Source: Ascoidea asiatica JCM 7603 (taxonomy: Eukaryota > Fungi > Ascomycota). From it: DNA of 38,683 nucleotides. The stretch covers positions 347,485 to 386,167 of the forward strand of contig BCKQ01000015.1 of NCBI GenBank assembly GCA_001600695.1, read 5' to 3'. The notes below the pieces were generated by a model, which saw only the letters and a program-made list of their open reading frames with translations, was not told where the DNA came from and searched no databases. How positions within the stretch are numbered: the stretch's first letter is position 1; every line of letters begins with the position of its first letter. Made by a program: the position numbers and the translations under genes. Below, one piece after another: positions 1-12,479 of this stretch.

Positions 1-474
1 TATTTATACCATTTGAAAATGTATGAGAAGGGAAAATCTGAAAGTTCAGAATTTCAATTTCACATACTAAACTTCAAACACAGTAGTTAAGCAATGGAAT
101 CTTCTAGAATCTTTTTCACAGAAGGTTCTAGAAAATTCGAGAAACTTCTAGCAACAAATAGAAAGCAGCATATAAGAGCAAATAAGAAAGCATAACGACA
201 AAGAAGCAAATAGAATGTTCTAGAAGGTTCTTCTTCTAGAATGTTCCAGAATGTTCTTTTTCTAGAATGTTCTAGCAAATTCTGTTTCTAGTATGTTCTA
301 GAAAGTTCTGTTTCCAGAATGTTCCAAAAAGTTCTGTTTCCAGAAATTTCCAAAAAGTTCTAGAATGTTCTAGAAAGTTCTAGAAAAACCTAAACAGCAA
401 CTTTTGATAAAATGAACAGAAAAAGCTTTTAAAGCATAAAGATGATGGATAAGTAAGATTAAGCAACTTAATGT
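1..474 (+). repeat. Left copy of terminal direct repeat
   Basis: 1-474 aligns to 38314-38683 with about 6 substitutions and a 104-bp (4 x 26 bp) length difference inside the minisatellite. Confidence 0.97.
211..385 (+). repeat. 26-bp minisatellite built of HSE-like nGAAnnTTCn units
   Basis: Five full units start at 211, 237, 263, 289 and 315 (consensus TAGAATGTTCTAGAAAGTTCTGTTTC), followed by 10-bp subunits TAGAAnGTTC to ~385. Confidence 0.92.
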
Positions 475-475
475 T

Positions 476-560
476 AGATAAGGTAAGATAAGGTAAGATA
501 AGGCAAGATAAGGTGAGATAAAGCAAGATAAGGTGAGATAAAGTGAGATAAGGTGAGACA
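476..560 (+). repeat. 10-bp tandem array A(G/A)G(T/C)(A/G)AGATA containing GATAAG/GATAAA
   Basis: Eight decamer units at 481-560, giving six GATAAG and two GATAAA sites. Confidence 0.93.
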
Positions 561-619
561 AAATAACAACAAAGTAAATTATGATTTGATAACATAATTC
601 ATTAGCCTGTAGTTGACAT

Positions 620-1330
620 TAATGATCGATCAAGATTCATACTATACTAGTAAGTTACGATTTAATTGGCTTGCCAGAGTACAGCAGTTTCACGTTAAGC
701 CAGGGATTCTAATAAGCTTTTATTTCCATAATTGTAGGGAAGAAACGGTAGGCTGCCCAACAGTGGACTTACAAACTAAAGACTGAATATCCTGTATCAG
801 CGTTGGTAGGGCTGTTTTTGTTTATTATGCAGGTGATTGTATCACTGGGTGGAGATAATTCAATTAAGGGAGTTTGTGTTTAGGGTAGTGTAGAGCATTG
901 TACGAACATTCAATGCTTTCAATAGTAAAATTTTTAACCACTGAGTCTGCCCCATTGCTGGGCTTCGAGCCCCCAAGGTTTTTGAAGCAAAGGTGAACCG
1001 CACATTTCAATCCTAATGCATTGCCACCCGAATATAGTTGTCATTTTTTCAACATCCTACTTGTGCGTGGGTCAAAACTCTATGACGCAAATAGCTAACA
1101 ATGAAACCCGTCCTTATGTTGTCAGCCGCAGAGTTATAGACAGAACCGTATGACCATCCCGGAACCTAAAATCAGCCTGACAGCCCTTTAATAAGTTGCT
1201 TCAGGTTCAGATTTAACATAAACTATTAATTCGTGTGTTGAAAATTTCTTTACAGAATTCCGGCTATTTTTAAATTGTTTTGTACGACACTATATAAAAA
1301 ACCCCTAACAATAAGAGGTTTTCACATTTT
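620..1330 (-). mobile_element. Degenerate Tc1/mariner(IS630)-like transposase remnant
   Basis: Broken minus-strand frames read ELIVYVKSEPEAT, HKDGFHC, VLTHAQ, D*NVRFTFASK and TLIQD, in Tc1 order (HTH, then first and second D). Very decayed, and no TIRs were found. Confidence 0.38.
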
Positions 1331-1499
1331 GAACAATAAACCCATTATCTTTTCTATTACAATATATATAATTTTTTCAAACCGAAGGAAGACACAAGAA
1401 GCAGTAGCGAAATTATACTACCAAAATAGAAAACAAAAAAATCAACAATACTTTTCAAAGTAATTTCATTGAAAATTCGTATAGCATTTTTAGTACCAG

Positions 1500-3360
1500 C
1501 AGAATAAAACGCCACACCACGCTGGGAAAAAATTATTCTGCATAATAATAAAGCTGAGCTGGTCTGACCAACAAAAAGTATTCCTAGATTAACTATTTCA
1601 CTGACTGGAAATGGTAGTTTCGGTGGAAACAAAGGGAGTTAAAAAAGGAGAATATTGTTCAATCGGCATTAAACCAAATGAGTAATTATTTCCAATTTCA
1701 GAAGCTTTACTAAAAGAATTTTTTATTAATTATGTCAAAGCTAGAACTATTGTTGTTAGCGAATTAAATATTAATAGAATTGTTAATATCCTTTTCAAAC
1801 TATATACAATAGCCTATCCAGTTAGTCATAACGTGAAGTTAGCTGAAAAAAGTTTATCTAGCTTTCTGGCGTTCGAACATTTTTTGAAGCTGCAAAACAT
1901 CAAGTGAGAAAAAGGACAAAGCAAACATTAGTTCACAAACCCAAAATGCCAGACTTTATGGTGTTTAACATGAAAGAGAAGCACATTGAATTTATCAGGA
2001 CAGTGTTAGATAAGACTGGAAAACTTCAAAAGAAATTTTCAGAATTGTAGCCCATTATGATGTTCCGCAAAGGTTGAATCCCGAAAACCATTGCTAGGCC
2101 TTTTCGAACTGAGTCAACTGCTCATTGCTTAGTGAAAATAATAAAATATGCATTCGGTTATCGAATTTATTTTTACCGATGCGTATCTAAAAAAAGGAAA
2201 ATGAAAGTAATTTGTACATCAACTTTTACAGAAAAAACACAAACGGATAAAGATTCTCCAATATTTGTTGGATTACTTAGAAATGAAAGCATAATTATAT
2301 GTCCATTCATGGTTTTATATCTTTATTTGTTTTTATTCTCAGGTCTCACGAAATTTGTAAAAACTGAAACTGAATTATCCTTTGAACCAAGGTCACGTAG
2401 GTAAAATCAGGGCCTACTTAACATCAAAAAGCCATTCAAGGATATGAACTGTGACTCAGAGCGATACCAGCGATATTGTGCTAGTATCAAAAGGGCGCAA
2501 TGCAAAAGCTCAGACTGAATTGGCACATAAGGCTACAGTAATAAGTTGGGAAACTAATAGGATGACAATCAAACAGATTCGAAGCACGGACAGACAAATT
2601 CATATATTGTTGTTGAAAAATATACAAAACATAAATCAATGAAATTTACTCACTGTAATGGGGCTTTGATGACGATCAAAATTATTTTATAGAAGGATCT
2701 CATTTAGAGCATGCTGTACAGTTGCAAAACCAATTTTATCCCCCGTTTGAAGGAAAAATAAAAGAATATGCTTCAAACGATCACCTCGAATGGGCAGCTG
2801 TTGATTTTTTCAATTTATTAAAACATCTCAGTATAACAGTTTGTCAAGTTTTAAAGGCAATAAATAAAATACTTGATTCTTATTTCACTTTCAACAACTA
2901 AATATCAAACGCCATAAACTGACGGTAGGCCTTGCCAACCTGAAGTTCCAGTTTTAAACAATTTTTGTCAAACTAAAGGTAAAATTTTAAATTTTATAGA
3001 TAACAATGAAAAACAAGTTGTTCAGATTGAGAGAAAAATTTAAAATATCCTGAAAACAAATTCAGCAAAAACATGTGAACCCGTGGTGCCCGTTGGCGAT
3101 GAACCGCAGATTGTGACTTTTGAGTTGTCTCGAATTCAGCTGGTATCTCTGCTCAACATGAGTGAAGATATGCATACCATCACCAAATTGGTTCAATAAT
3201 GTTTTTTTCATGTTCTCCTAAGTGTTCGGGAGTTGAACTCAAGAATTAATTCAAACTGAAAAGTTCTCTCAGTGACATTTCGTTGGTTTCGAAACGGAAG
3301 AGGATAATCAAAATTTTAGACAACTGATAAGAAAAAGTACAGTCTGCCACTGCACCCCAC
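1500..3360 (+). mobile_element. CryptonF-type tyrosine-recombinase transposon pseudogene (Ndc10-II domain + C-terminal GCR1_C)
   Basis: EKTQ...GLLRNESIIICPFMVLYLYLF (cf. GKTN..R....CP..alalYlf), KGRNAKAQ, MGFDDDQNYFIE...LQNQFYP and AAVDFFNLLKHL, then MSEDMHTITKLVQ*...SVRELNSR..N*K (GCR1_C-like). Many stops and frameshifts. Confidence 0.78.
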
Positions 3361-4099
3361 TTAACAAATTTCACGTAATTTGCTAGTAGAACTCGCGTGT
3401 GACCAAATGCAAAATTCCATTAAGTTTTTGTTACAATAAAAAAATGCAGAAGTTACCTGACCATTCCACCCACTAGCATACTTATTCTTTTCGAAACTTC
3501 TGTCTGAAATGAAGGATTTACTCCGGTAAGATCTCAACCCGAAGCTTTTAAACCGAATTTTTTGATCCTACCAGTATCGAGGCATTATGATATATTAAAC
3601 ATGAATCTTTGTACCGGATGTAAAATAAAGAATATTCAAGAACTTTTTCATAAAAGCAATAGTGTCAGAATCTTTGCTACCGGATTGAAAATGGTTTTCA
3701 GAAATTGGGTTGGAACTCGTGGCGACATATGTTTCATTTTCCCATTCAAATATATTTTACATATTATGGTTACATAAATTAACTCGTACTAATATATTAT
3801 CTAAAAGGAAGATTAAATAAAACAATTAAAAAAATATAAGGAAATCCGTTCCTTTTATAAAAATTCAGGATTCCCACCGGGTCCTCGTAAACCATCATGA
3901 ATTCTCCAGAATTCGCAAAATTTGTTTAATTCCGCTCTAGACTAACGGCTAAAATCAACTTTAGGATTTTAAAACAGCGCAAAACATGGAGAAAAAATAA
4001 TGGACGTCGAAATGTTAATATTGGGGTTGCATTTCATCAGCCACGTTTTGCTATCGTTGAATAAACAAGCAAGTGACCGGGGTACTCCCAAAGATAGAG

Positions 4100-6230
4100 T
4101 TCGGGACGTGAAATAGATTAGTAAGCCTCGACGTGCACTCTGCTCCTATGGATTCCGAGACAATTACGCATTTTCAGTGAGACCTTGGTATTTTCGTACA
4201 TTAACCTCCGCTTTGGAAACTCGCACATTCACAGGCACTGCGTTCCGGAATCTGAATTCCATGTAGGAGTTAACCTCTCTCGCAGTTGCGTTAAATTCCA
4301 CCTCCATTTTGTTTTCTTGTACTGGATTGATCCCCATACTTTCTTGAACACCAAAGGACTGTTGGTGGAACCAAGCCCGTGGTCTTGTTTGATTATATGG
4401 TACTGCGGGCATAAGCAGACATGAATTATGCTATGCAACTAATGTATCAGATCATATGGGGCTGTATGTGTTCCTGCAAACAGACTCATGCAATGTCAAG
4501 TGAATTGATGTATTCTTTGTTAAACATAAGCCGACTTTCGTCAACGATATATGTATATGAATGACCAATTCGACTTCTATGCATAATTGTACCGAATTTA
4601 TGCATAATAATGTACAATACTTGACTCTGCTAACTAAGCAATAGATACGTGTCTTTTAGACTTTGCCGCGTATGGTGTTAGTAGCAATGTATGCCATAAT
4701 ATAGATAGACTTCTTTTATTTTTGGCAGATGTTGCATCATTAAGACTTAAATGATGATCATTGCTCACACGACCAAATATATTACCCATTAAATATTCTC
4801 GATTTAGTTTCTTTTCAAAACCCTTTGCTTGTTTTCCAGTGAGTGTCCTGACGCGTGGACTGAAAGCGGAGCAAAACTTCAAAACCAAATCTACATGAGC
4901 TCTGGCGTACTGTTTATTAAGTATATGGCAAAGAACATCAGTTGATGAACGAACAGAGTGTTTATGGGCTTCAAGCGTTTCCGAAGGACTCCAGTTCGAG
5001 TATATAATGCCAAATCGGATGAAGCTGACGTTCAGTTGAAACACATTTATTATTTGGTAATGTGCTAAAAGATTAACTACCTAGTTGAAAACCATTTGAT
5101 TCTTTTGTAGTTAGTTCACCAACACATAGCACTTTAAATCGAAAAGGAAAACCAATACAATAGCAATTGGATATAATAGCATTCTTTTGCTTGAAAATAT
5201 TGCTACTAATGTGTGTTGGATTTACCACTCAGTCCATTTAAAAAATACTTTTCTGTTTTCTGCAAATTGCTAACCAATATATTCTACCAGTAAAATGGAA
5301 ATAACCACTAGAATTTAAATACAATCATACTGTGAAGGTTCACTAGTTCAGCTTCCATTGAACACAAATTCTGGTATTTCAGTTCTTTTTTCGCTTGTGA
5401 TTCAGCTTTATAATCATCAACCTTTTTAAATTCTTCACCATGTTCTAATTTACGGGTTTCCCTTTTTTAAGTCTCTCAACTTTGCAATATTAGCAGGTAA
5501 TGAAGGCATGAGCAAGGTTTTGAGCAACTACAACTGCTTTAAGCTTGCCTTTACCCACTTGTTTATAAAATTCCTCCTTTTAGTAGCTTATATTAACGGA
5601 TAAAGTCTCCTTTCTAATACTAACATGATCAGTATCATCCTTTGTAAACTGATAAGCTTTCTTCAAATTAGATCTAATTTTTGAGGCGCAATCTGATCTG
5701 CAGTACATATCTTTTCATGGATTTAATATCTAGAATTGCTATTCGAAAATTTCCACAAGGTTAGTAACACACAAGGGAAAAATCAGCCTAAATTTTCAAT
5801 CAAGTTAATAGGTTGCCGAACTCACGCAAAGAGTGGCAAACCAGAAACACTTAATCAAGGGCATAAACAAATGAAAACCTCCAAGGTTTACATCATCAAA
5901 TACTGTTAAGATAGTAGGCTTCATGGGGTATGTCACTCCTCCTGTCACACAATGTATAACGTTACCATTTTAGACCGCCACCGCCTGTTCGTCATTTCAC
6001 CAAGGTTGTGGCCTTCTCTCCCTTTATTCTTGATATATAAATATCGGAAAATACCTTTGTTCTCTTTTCTTCGAGGAAAAAAGATCAAGGACTTCTTTAA
6101 TCAGAGCTTATAGATTATGAGCAGAAGCTAACTTAATATTAACACATCAATATCAGAAGATATTGAGGACGAACAGTTCTTCAAATCAAAAGTTATTCTC
6201 AGTTTTTCAAATCAATTTTTATTTTTTTTT
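4100..6230 (-). mobile_element. Mutator/MULE-like transposase pseudogene interrupted by an LTR at 5904-6144
   Basis: Broken minus-strand motifs in MULE order: SDCASKI, YDCI*...LLVEYIG (cf. MDcTYktN..PL.eivG), WFSTR...CFN*TSAS (cf. W.....hfG.tTts), VRSSTDVL, NIFGRVS and YGIHCY*H (SWIM-like). Confidence 0.5.
5904..6144 (+). mobile_element. LTR (241 bp), probably solo, related to the 12159 LTR
   Basis: TGTTAA...TTAACA termini and an internal TATATAAA. Colinear similarity to 12159-12397 (e.g. TCGAGGAAAA(A/G)AGATCA(A/T)GGACTTCTTT). Confidence 0.8.
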
Positions 6231-7515
6231 ATATTTTCAATTATCATTTCGCTAATTCCCAACTGTTTACATCAATTCAATCAAAAATAATCAGTGGAAT
6301 TCTCTAGGAGAAAATTGGTGGAGCTGGTAGTGCTTATAGATTAACTGGTGGTAGAAATTTCAAATTTAAAAATTTTTTGTTGATTTAAAGAAAATGAACA
6401 GAACCTCTGTCATTTTTTTTAAATACATATGTTTATATTAATAAATAAACAAAATTCGTAATAAACTTATAAAACTGAAAATTCAAAAGCTCAAAAAAAA
6501 AAAATTTCCAAAATTTGATGTGTTAAGGGAAACCCACTTTTTTGCTGAATACACTACAAAAAGCTGTTTAGTTACCCTACCTTTTTTACTAAAAATACCT
6601 GATAATTGTTAGGTACAGTACAGGTTTCACAACCAAGTCTAGCAACGAACCAAATAGGGGGTAACCCCCTCCACTTATAGGTTCATTTTCTTTATAGAGA
6701 TATTTATGTATAGAAATGTTATAGTTTTACTATCAGTTTTCTGCTCGATTATAAATTGTCCTCATACTGTAATAAGTTTTCTGCAACTTACTTCTTTCGC
6801 ATCTATGGGGAGTTCTGAAAGCACTTTACTAATAATTAAACTACATAAAGAAAACAGATAATATTTTTAAGGCAATCTGATGTTTTTCATAAGTTTTTAA
6901 GTAATTGTTTTAAATAATTATCAATATCAAAGACAAATAACAAAAAAAACAAAATAAATAGCAATAATCGTATAATCAATTAAAGTGCGTCTTCAATATC
7001 AATTTTTATTCAATAAAATAGATAAAAATAAAAGTATATTATTAATTTACTAACTTTTAAAAACTAGCACTATATTTCTTTAAATAACATCAAAATATCC
7101 AATTAAATTTTGTTATTTCTACAGCAATTATAATTTATTTTTCAAATTTATATTCAATAGTAAAAATAAATTGCAAATGAAAAATTCAAGAGTAAAATCG
7201 ATTTTCAAACAATAATAAAATGGAATTAATATAATTCTAGTTCACCAAAATACACTATAAAGTGATTTTAGTTGAATATCATTTTTAATGTGATTTTCCT
7301 AATTAGATTTCACATTTGGTTCAAAATTATTAATTTCCACTTATTCAAACATTTGCTTGGAAATCAATTAAAGTAAAGTTTGAAAATCTAGAAATAATGT
7401 TTCTTATTTCTAATTTCCTGATATTTCAATTCTTGTTATCGATTGTATAAAAGTTTTAAATACTGATATTTTAGTTTAATTACTTTTCATTATTACATTT
7501 AAAGGCAATACTTAT

Positions 7516-10500
7516 ATGGCAAAATTTGGTTTACCTTTACAGCCAAATTCATCGGCCTCATCTAATTCCTAATCGGATTCACCAACTTCTAATACCAATA
7601 ATCTATCTAAATCTTCAAGTTTTGCTAGCACAAGTACAACTGATGATACTAATTCTTTTGATCATATACCTTCTACAGCTGCCAGAAACTATAGAATAAT
7701 GCCATCTGAATTTCAAGTTGCGATTCAGGTCCTTGCTTCAGAACCTATTCAAATTAAAAATATTTCAAACAAATATGCCCGTGATCCCACAAGTGATCAA
7801 ATTTCTATTCATAAAGAAGAACTCGAATATGAAATTGAAGGGGATGATGATCTATCTGAATTAATACGATTTCCCTTACCTATTGATATCAATTCAATTA
7901 AAACAAATTTCTCTTACTTCTTATTCTCTGATGATATTCTAACAACAGTTTATTATTTTAAGAACCTTGAGAAAGCATTAAAATCAACATTTGTTGATAT
8001 TATTCCAACGGAACAAGCCAACCTTTCGAGAACAAATCATCTTTCGAAATATGGAATGAATTAAATTCAACGGTTCCTCATGGTAGTTTCTTTCCAACTT
8101 CTCCCCAGAGGCTTGCTGGACTAGATTTTCGGAAAGATACAGAGCTTTTTCGAATAAGTGATACTGTTCATGATGGATCGGCAGAATTTGAAAAAACTTT
8201 TTCGGATGGTGGTACAGCATGGGAAACCATATACGTCACAATCTGAATCAAACATGAATGTTCAAGAATCCTAGGATTGGAAAAACAACTTGAAAGATAA
8301 TTGCTTCAATCACTTGACAATGAAAAGTTCTTAGATTTGAGTCAATTATTACAATGCTTAACCATAAACTTGCGAAGGTACCACAAGATAATAAATGTAA
8401 TGCTAATGGTAATGATGTTATGTTTGGTATAGAAAGTTCAAAAACGCATGTTTCTAATACAGTTAATCATAAACAATAAGCAAATGATAATTATTCTCCT
8501 AGTTCAAATAACAGTAATGGTAACAACAAAAAAGCATTCAAAGATTATAAACCTTATTTTCGGGGTTGTCCGGCCAAATATCCTTTTGGTAAGCACATGA
8601 ACAACAGTAATCAATCATCCAATAACTCAAATAAACTTATTAATGATAACCCTGAAGTGCCTTTTACAAAATATAGTATCAACAACAATATCAATTGAAA
8701 TTCAGTGAAAGATCGAAATCAAAGTTATTCTGGTTTACAAAATCTTAATTGAAAACCAAATAATAATGCTAACAGCAAGGCATACAAACATAATGCAAAT
8801 ACTGCAGAAACTTTTTCATTGACTATTTCATTTTCTGATGAAAACAACTGTTTCTTTGTTTGAAATATTAATATTACTTCTCGTCTTGTCTTATGGGAAA
8901 CAGGGGCTAACATCTCTGGTACCAGTGATAGAACTTTTGTTAACAGATTTAGAACGAGCCAACTATTAATTAACAGAGTTGGTGATACTGGAGAGTAGAC
9001 TAAAGGAACCGGTACTATGACTATCAAGTTTCCTGATAACTGTGCACAAGATGTTCAGGTGATGCTCATTGAAAAGACCACAACGCTAATTAGCTTTGCT
9101 GCTTTTGATGACAGAGACTTTCAATTACTTGATGGTAAAGTTTCCCGCGCTGACTTCAGCATTTGTGATATGGAAAATGGACTTCTTCTTGGAGAAAATA
9201 TAGAAATTCTTAAAAAAAAGGCATCAAATCCCTTGGCTTATGATCTTAACAATTCTCAACCAGATTTAGTGATTCAAAAATTAAATAACTATTTACCTGG
9301 ATCAAAGGATGTTGAAAATTCATATTTAATACAGCAAAATCAAGATTCAAGTTTTGACATAAATTCAATCAAAGTTCCTAGTCTTAATGAAAAATATTTA
9401 GGTATTCCAGAAGTTACAATACTTAAATTACACTATTCATTAAGTCATCTATCTGCTTCAGCAATGCTCAAGCTACAATACAAATTAACCAAAGATGAAC
9501 AATCCAAAATTGAACTGTGTCAAATTTGCAAATTAATTAATGTGAAAAATAATTGGCCTTCTACAACTTTGCCTGCTAAACTAACAGTCAGAAAGCTTCA
9601 AATTGTACACTCCGATATCACCAGACACAACTTAGGCAAATACCAAGCTATTTTGAGGGATGATTACAGTAAATTCGCAACTGCATTTACTGTGAATGAT
9701 AAAGCTTCGGTTAACCCTGAAATAGGTAAAAAAGTTTCAAAACGGTGCACTAGATTAAATTTACCTGAACCTCAATTAAGAATTGATAATGAAACAGAGC
9801 ACAAAAGATCTGAATACAATGAAATGGTGGCCCTATCGGTCAGATATTCATGTGTTCATAGTGGTAGATCTGAATTAGGCATTAGTAAAGTTAAATCCAT
9901 GATATCAAAAATTTTATCTCATTACCCTTCTGTTGATAATGAAAATTTAATTAATAAACCTACAGAATTTGCTTGTATTTTACTAAACATGGAAATTCAG
10001 TCCTGAAGTAATGCGTTTCCTCTATTTGTATTTCGTGAGAGACGGCCAAATAAGCTTACCTGTCCTCCATTTGGATCAGATGCATTTTAGAGTTATAAGA
10101 CAAATAGCTGGGAATATGGAATAGTTCTTGGATATACTGACTACTCGTGCACTTATAAAGTTGCTAAAGCAACTACAGGTTTTTTGTTTGATTCAATTTC
10201 AACTCTTCCAAATATTAGAGAACTAGATTCTTTTAATTATTGTTACCAAAGTGTTAACAATTATTGTCAAAGCTGCCAATCTTGAGTCACCAATTCCAAT
10301 ATATGAAACACTTGTTTCCCAACCAACTACTATTGAGACAAACGTTTACTTCAAGAACAGTCATGCAGACGATAAATTTCTTCCACCATCAAATTCAGAT
10401 TTGGGAACTAATTTATCTGATGACCAGTTTATTCTTAAATCCTATGCACATGCTAACCAATAAGATTCTTGGGAAGATACTATCAACACTGAAAAGAATA

Positions 10501-11969
10501 AGATTATACAATTTGATGTTATTGAGGGCACTGATTCTTTACTAAGGAATGCAAAACTATTTGCTGCAGGGTGGATATTTAATATTAAAGTTGATAACAT
10601 AGCTTTAACTCTTAATCATAATGCAAGGCTTGTTGTATATCGCAATTTGAACAGTTTAATGATCCAACAACAGCAAGATTTCAGTGCAGTAGTCCTGTTT
10701 TGAATAAGGATCATGTTAGAATTCTCCTTTCATATGCTGCACATTACATGCTTAAGTTTAAAACAGTTGATGAACCAACAGCATTTCTTCATGCTCCAAT
10801 TCTTCAGGAGAATTATTTTCTTAGAACCCCAAAAGAATTTAGCGCCGAATTTAACACAAAATATATTAAATTCAAAAAATATCTTTATGGTCTAAGACAA
10901 TCTCCTTTTTCATTTTTCCGTAATTTTAAAAACATTCTACTTCTGCTAGAAAGTACTCAGCTACTACCAGACCACTGCTGTTTTAAATCATCAACTGGTT
11001 TACTAAAAGCCATATATGTGGATGATTGTATAATTTTAGGGAAAATATTAAACACATTTGAACATTTGTGAACAAATTGAAAAGTAATATATCAATTAGA
11101 AAAACATCTTTTGAACATTTTGTAGGTTTGGATTTCTGATCAATAGATGGTGAAATTCTAATGACTTCTGATACCATTACAACCAGTATCCTACAAAAAT
11201 TAAAATTCGTTGATTCAACCCCAAGATGGTCTCCTTATTTAAATCTTGATCAGCAAAACCGATGGTTAATGATGACGATAAAAATCTTTGGGAACCAATT
11301 GTTGGTTCATTAGTTTATTTAGCAACTCATAATCCTCCAGATACTGATTTTGGTATTCATGAACTGACCAACAGTATGTGTGGTCCATCAACAAATAATT
11401 TGACTATGGTTATGGATGTTCTTCGATACGTTAAAGGATCGATAACTTTAAGTAAAATTTGAATCAATTAATGGCAAAACAATTCATCTTTACACAGAGG
11501 GTTCTTATTCAGGAAACCGTACTGCAGGTTATACTTTAACATATGGTGGTAATATGTGGTATCTTTGGAGTCATCGACTGTGCGGCCCACAGAGCCTTTA
11601 TCATCTTATGAAGCTGAAATGCTGGGAGCCATATTAGGTGCAAACGCTATCTTTTATTTGATTTATTTCATAGAAGAGATTGACCCTGAAATCGAACATT
11701 ATTCACCTTACAAAATGTACATTGATAATGCTGGATTAGTTTACAAAATTAACAATTTTGAAAAGGTAAGTGTTCCATATCCAAAACCCTTTACAATTAT
11801 CTTAAAATTTCTATCTGATATTACAAAATTTAGGTTATTAAAGCTCTCTCATGTTTCGGATAATTATAATGCTGCCCATATGTTTACCCGACCTTCAACA
11901 ACTTCCAAGCTTCAAAATTATGTTAAAATTTTAAATTTTGAAAACAATATTAATTTTTATTTTTCCTAA
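7516..11969 (+). mobile_element. Ty1/copia LTR retrotransposon gag-pol pseudogene
   Basis: ATG at 7516 is in frame with ORF 7699. Protease-like LWETGANIS (~8890); integrase HYSLSH..CQIC, VHSDI, RDDYSKF and LRIDNE; RT VDEPTAFLHAP, LYGLRQSP and IYVDD; RNase H SSYEAE, YIDN and NAAHMFTRP. Domain order is PR-IN-RT-RH, with multiple stops. Confidence 0.95.
9017..10006 (+). pseudogene. Longest open segment of copia pol (protease tail, HHCC zinc finger, integrase core)
   Basis: 329-aa ORF from the track with HHCC and D-D-E motifs. It is an internal piece of the broken pol. Confidence 0.85.
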
Positions 11970-12158
11970 GGCTCATACACTTTAGTTCTACACTCAAATA
12001 TTTACTTTTTTCGTACTGCAGACTTTCCCGACTTTAGGTTTACTTTAAAAATAGCGTTTTTCTTTTCCTTTTGTTTTCAATCTTAACTTACCTGGTTTTA
12101 TATTTTGTTTCTTTTTAACCAACAACTGTTATCATTTTCATGCAAGATTGGCAGGGCA

Positions 12159-12397
12159 TGTTAAGATATTAAGTCTGAAAGGGCATTTCACTCATTCTGT
12201 TACAGAACGTATGACATTACCCTTATAGACCACTAAATGTGATTTGTCATTTAACCAAATATCACTCCTAAACTGTCCGATGATGGTTGCTATATAACTA
12301 CCTGAAAATACGTTTCTTCTCTCATTCTCGAGGAAAAGAGATCATGGACTTCTTTATTTTGACGTTTAAGAATGCTGAATGTTTGACATGTTTAACG
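12159..12397 (+). mobile_element. 3' LTR of the copia element, preceded by a purine-rich PPT-like tract
   Basis: TGTTAAGATATTAAG start follows GGCAGGGCA, ~190 bp after the RNase H stop, and is similar to 5904-6144. The 3' end is approximate. Confidence 0.78.
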
Positions 12398-12479
12398 GCA
12401 ATGTTTGGATTCCTTGAAAAATATATTAATCTACTTGAGAGGCGTTCGAAAGGAGATTGTTCTACTCTTCAATTATAAT

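Noticed and set aside
211-560. CRISPR array or telomeric repeat
   Set aside because: The units are tandem with no unique spacers, there are no cas genes, and the context is eukaryotic. The units are degenerate and internal to a larger repeat, unlike a telomere tract.
87-595. Short minus-strand ORFs (87-278, 370-561, 380-595)
   Set aside because: They are translations of the minisatellites, with no protein-like content.
6521-6900. Second TGTTAAG-starting LTR
   Set aside because: No matching 3' terminus, and no similarity to the other LTRs beyond 7 bp.
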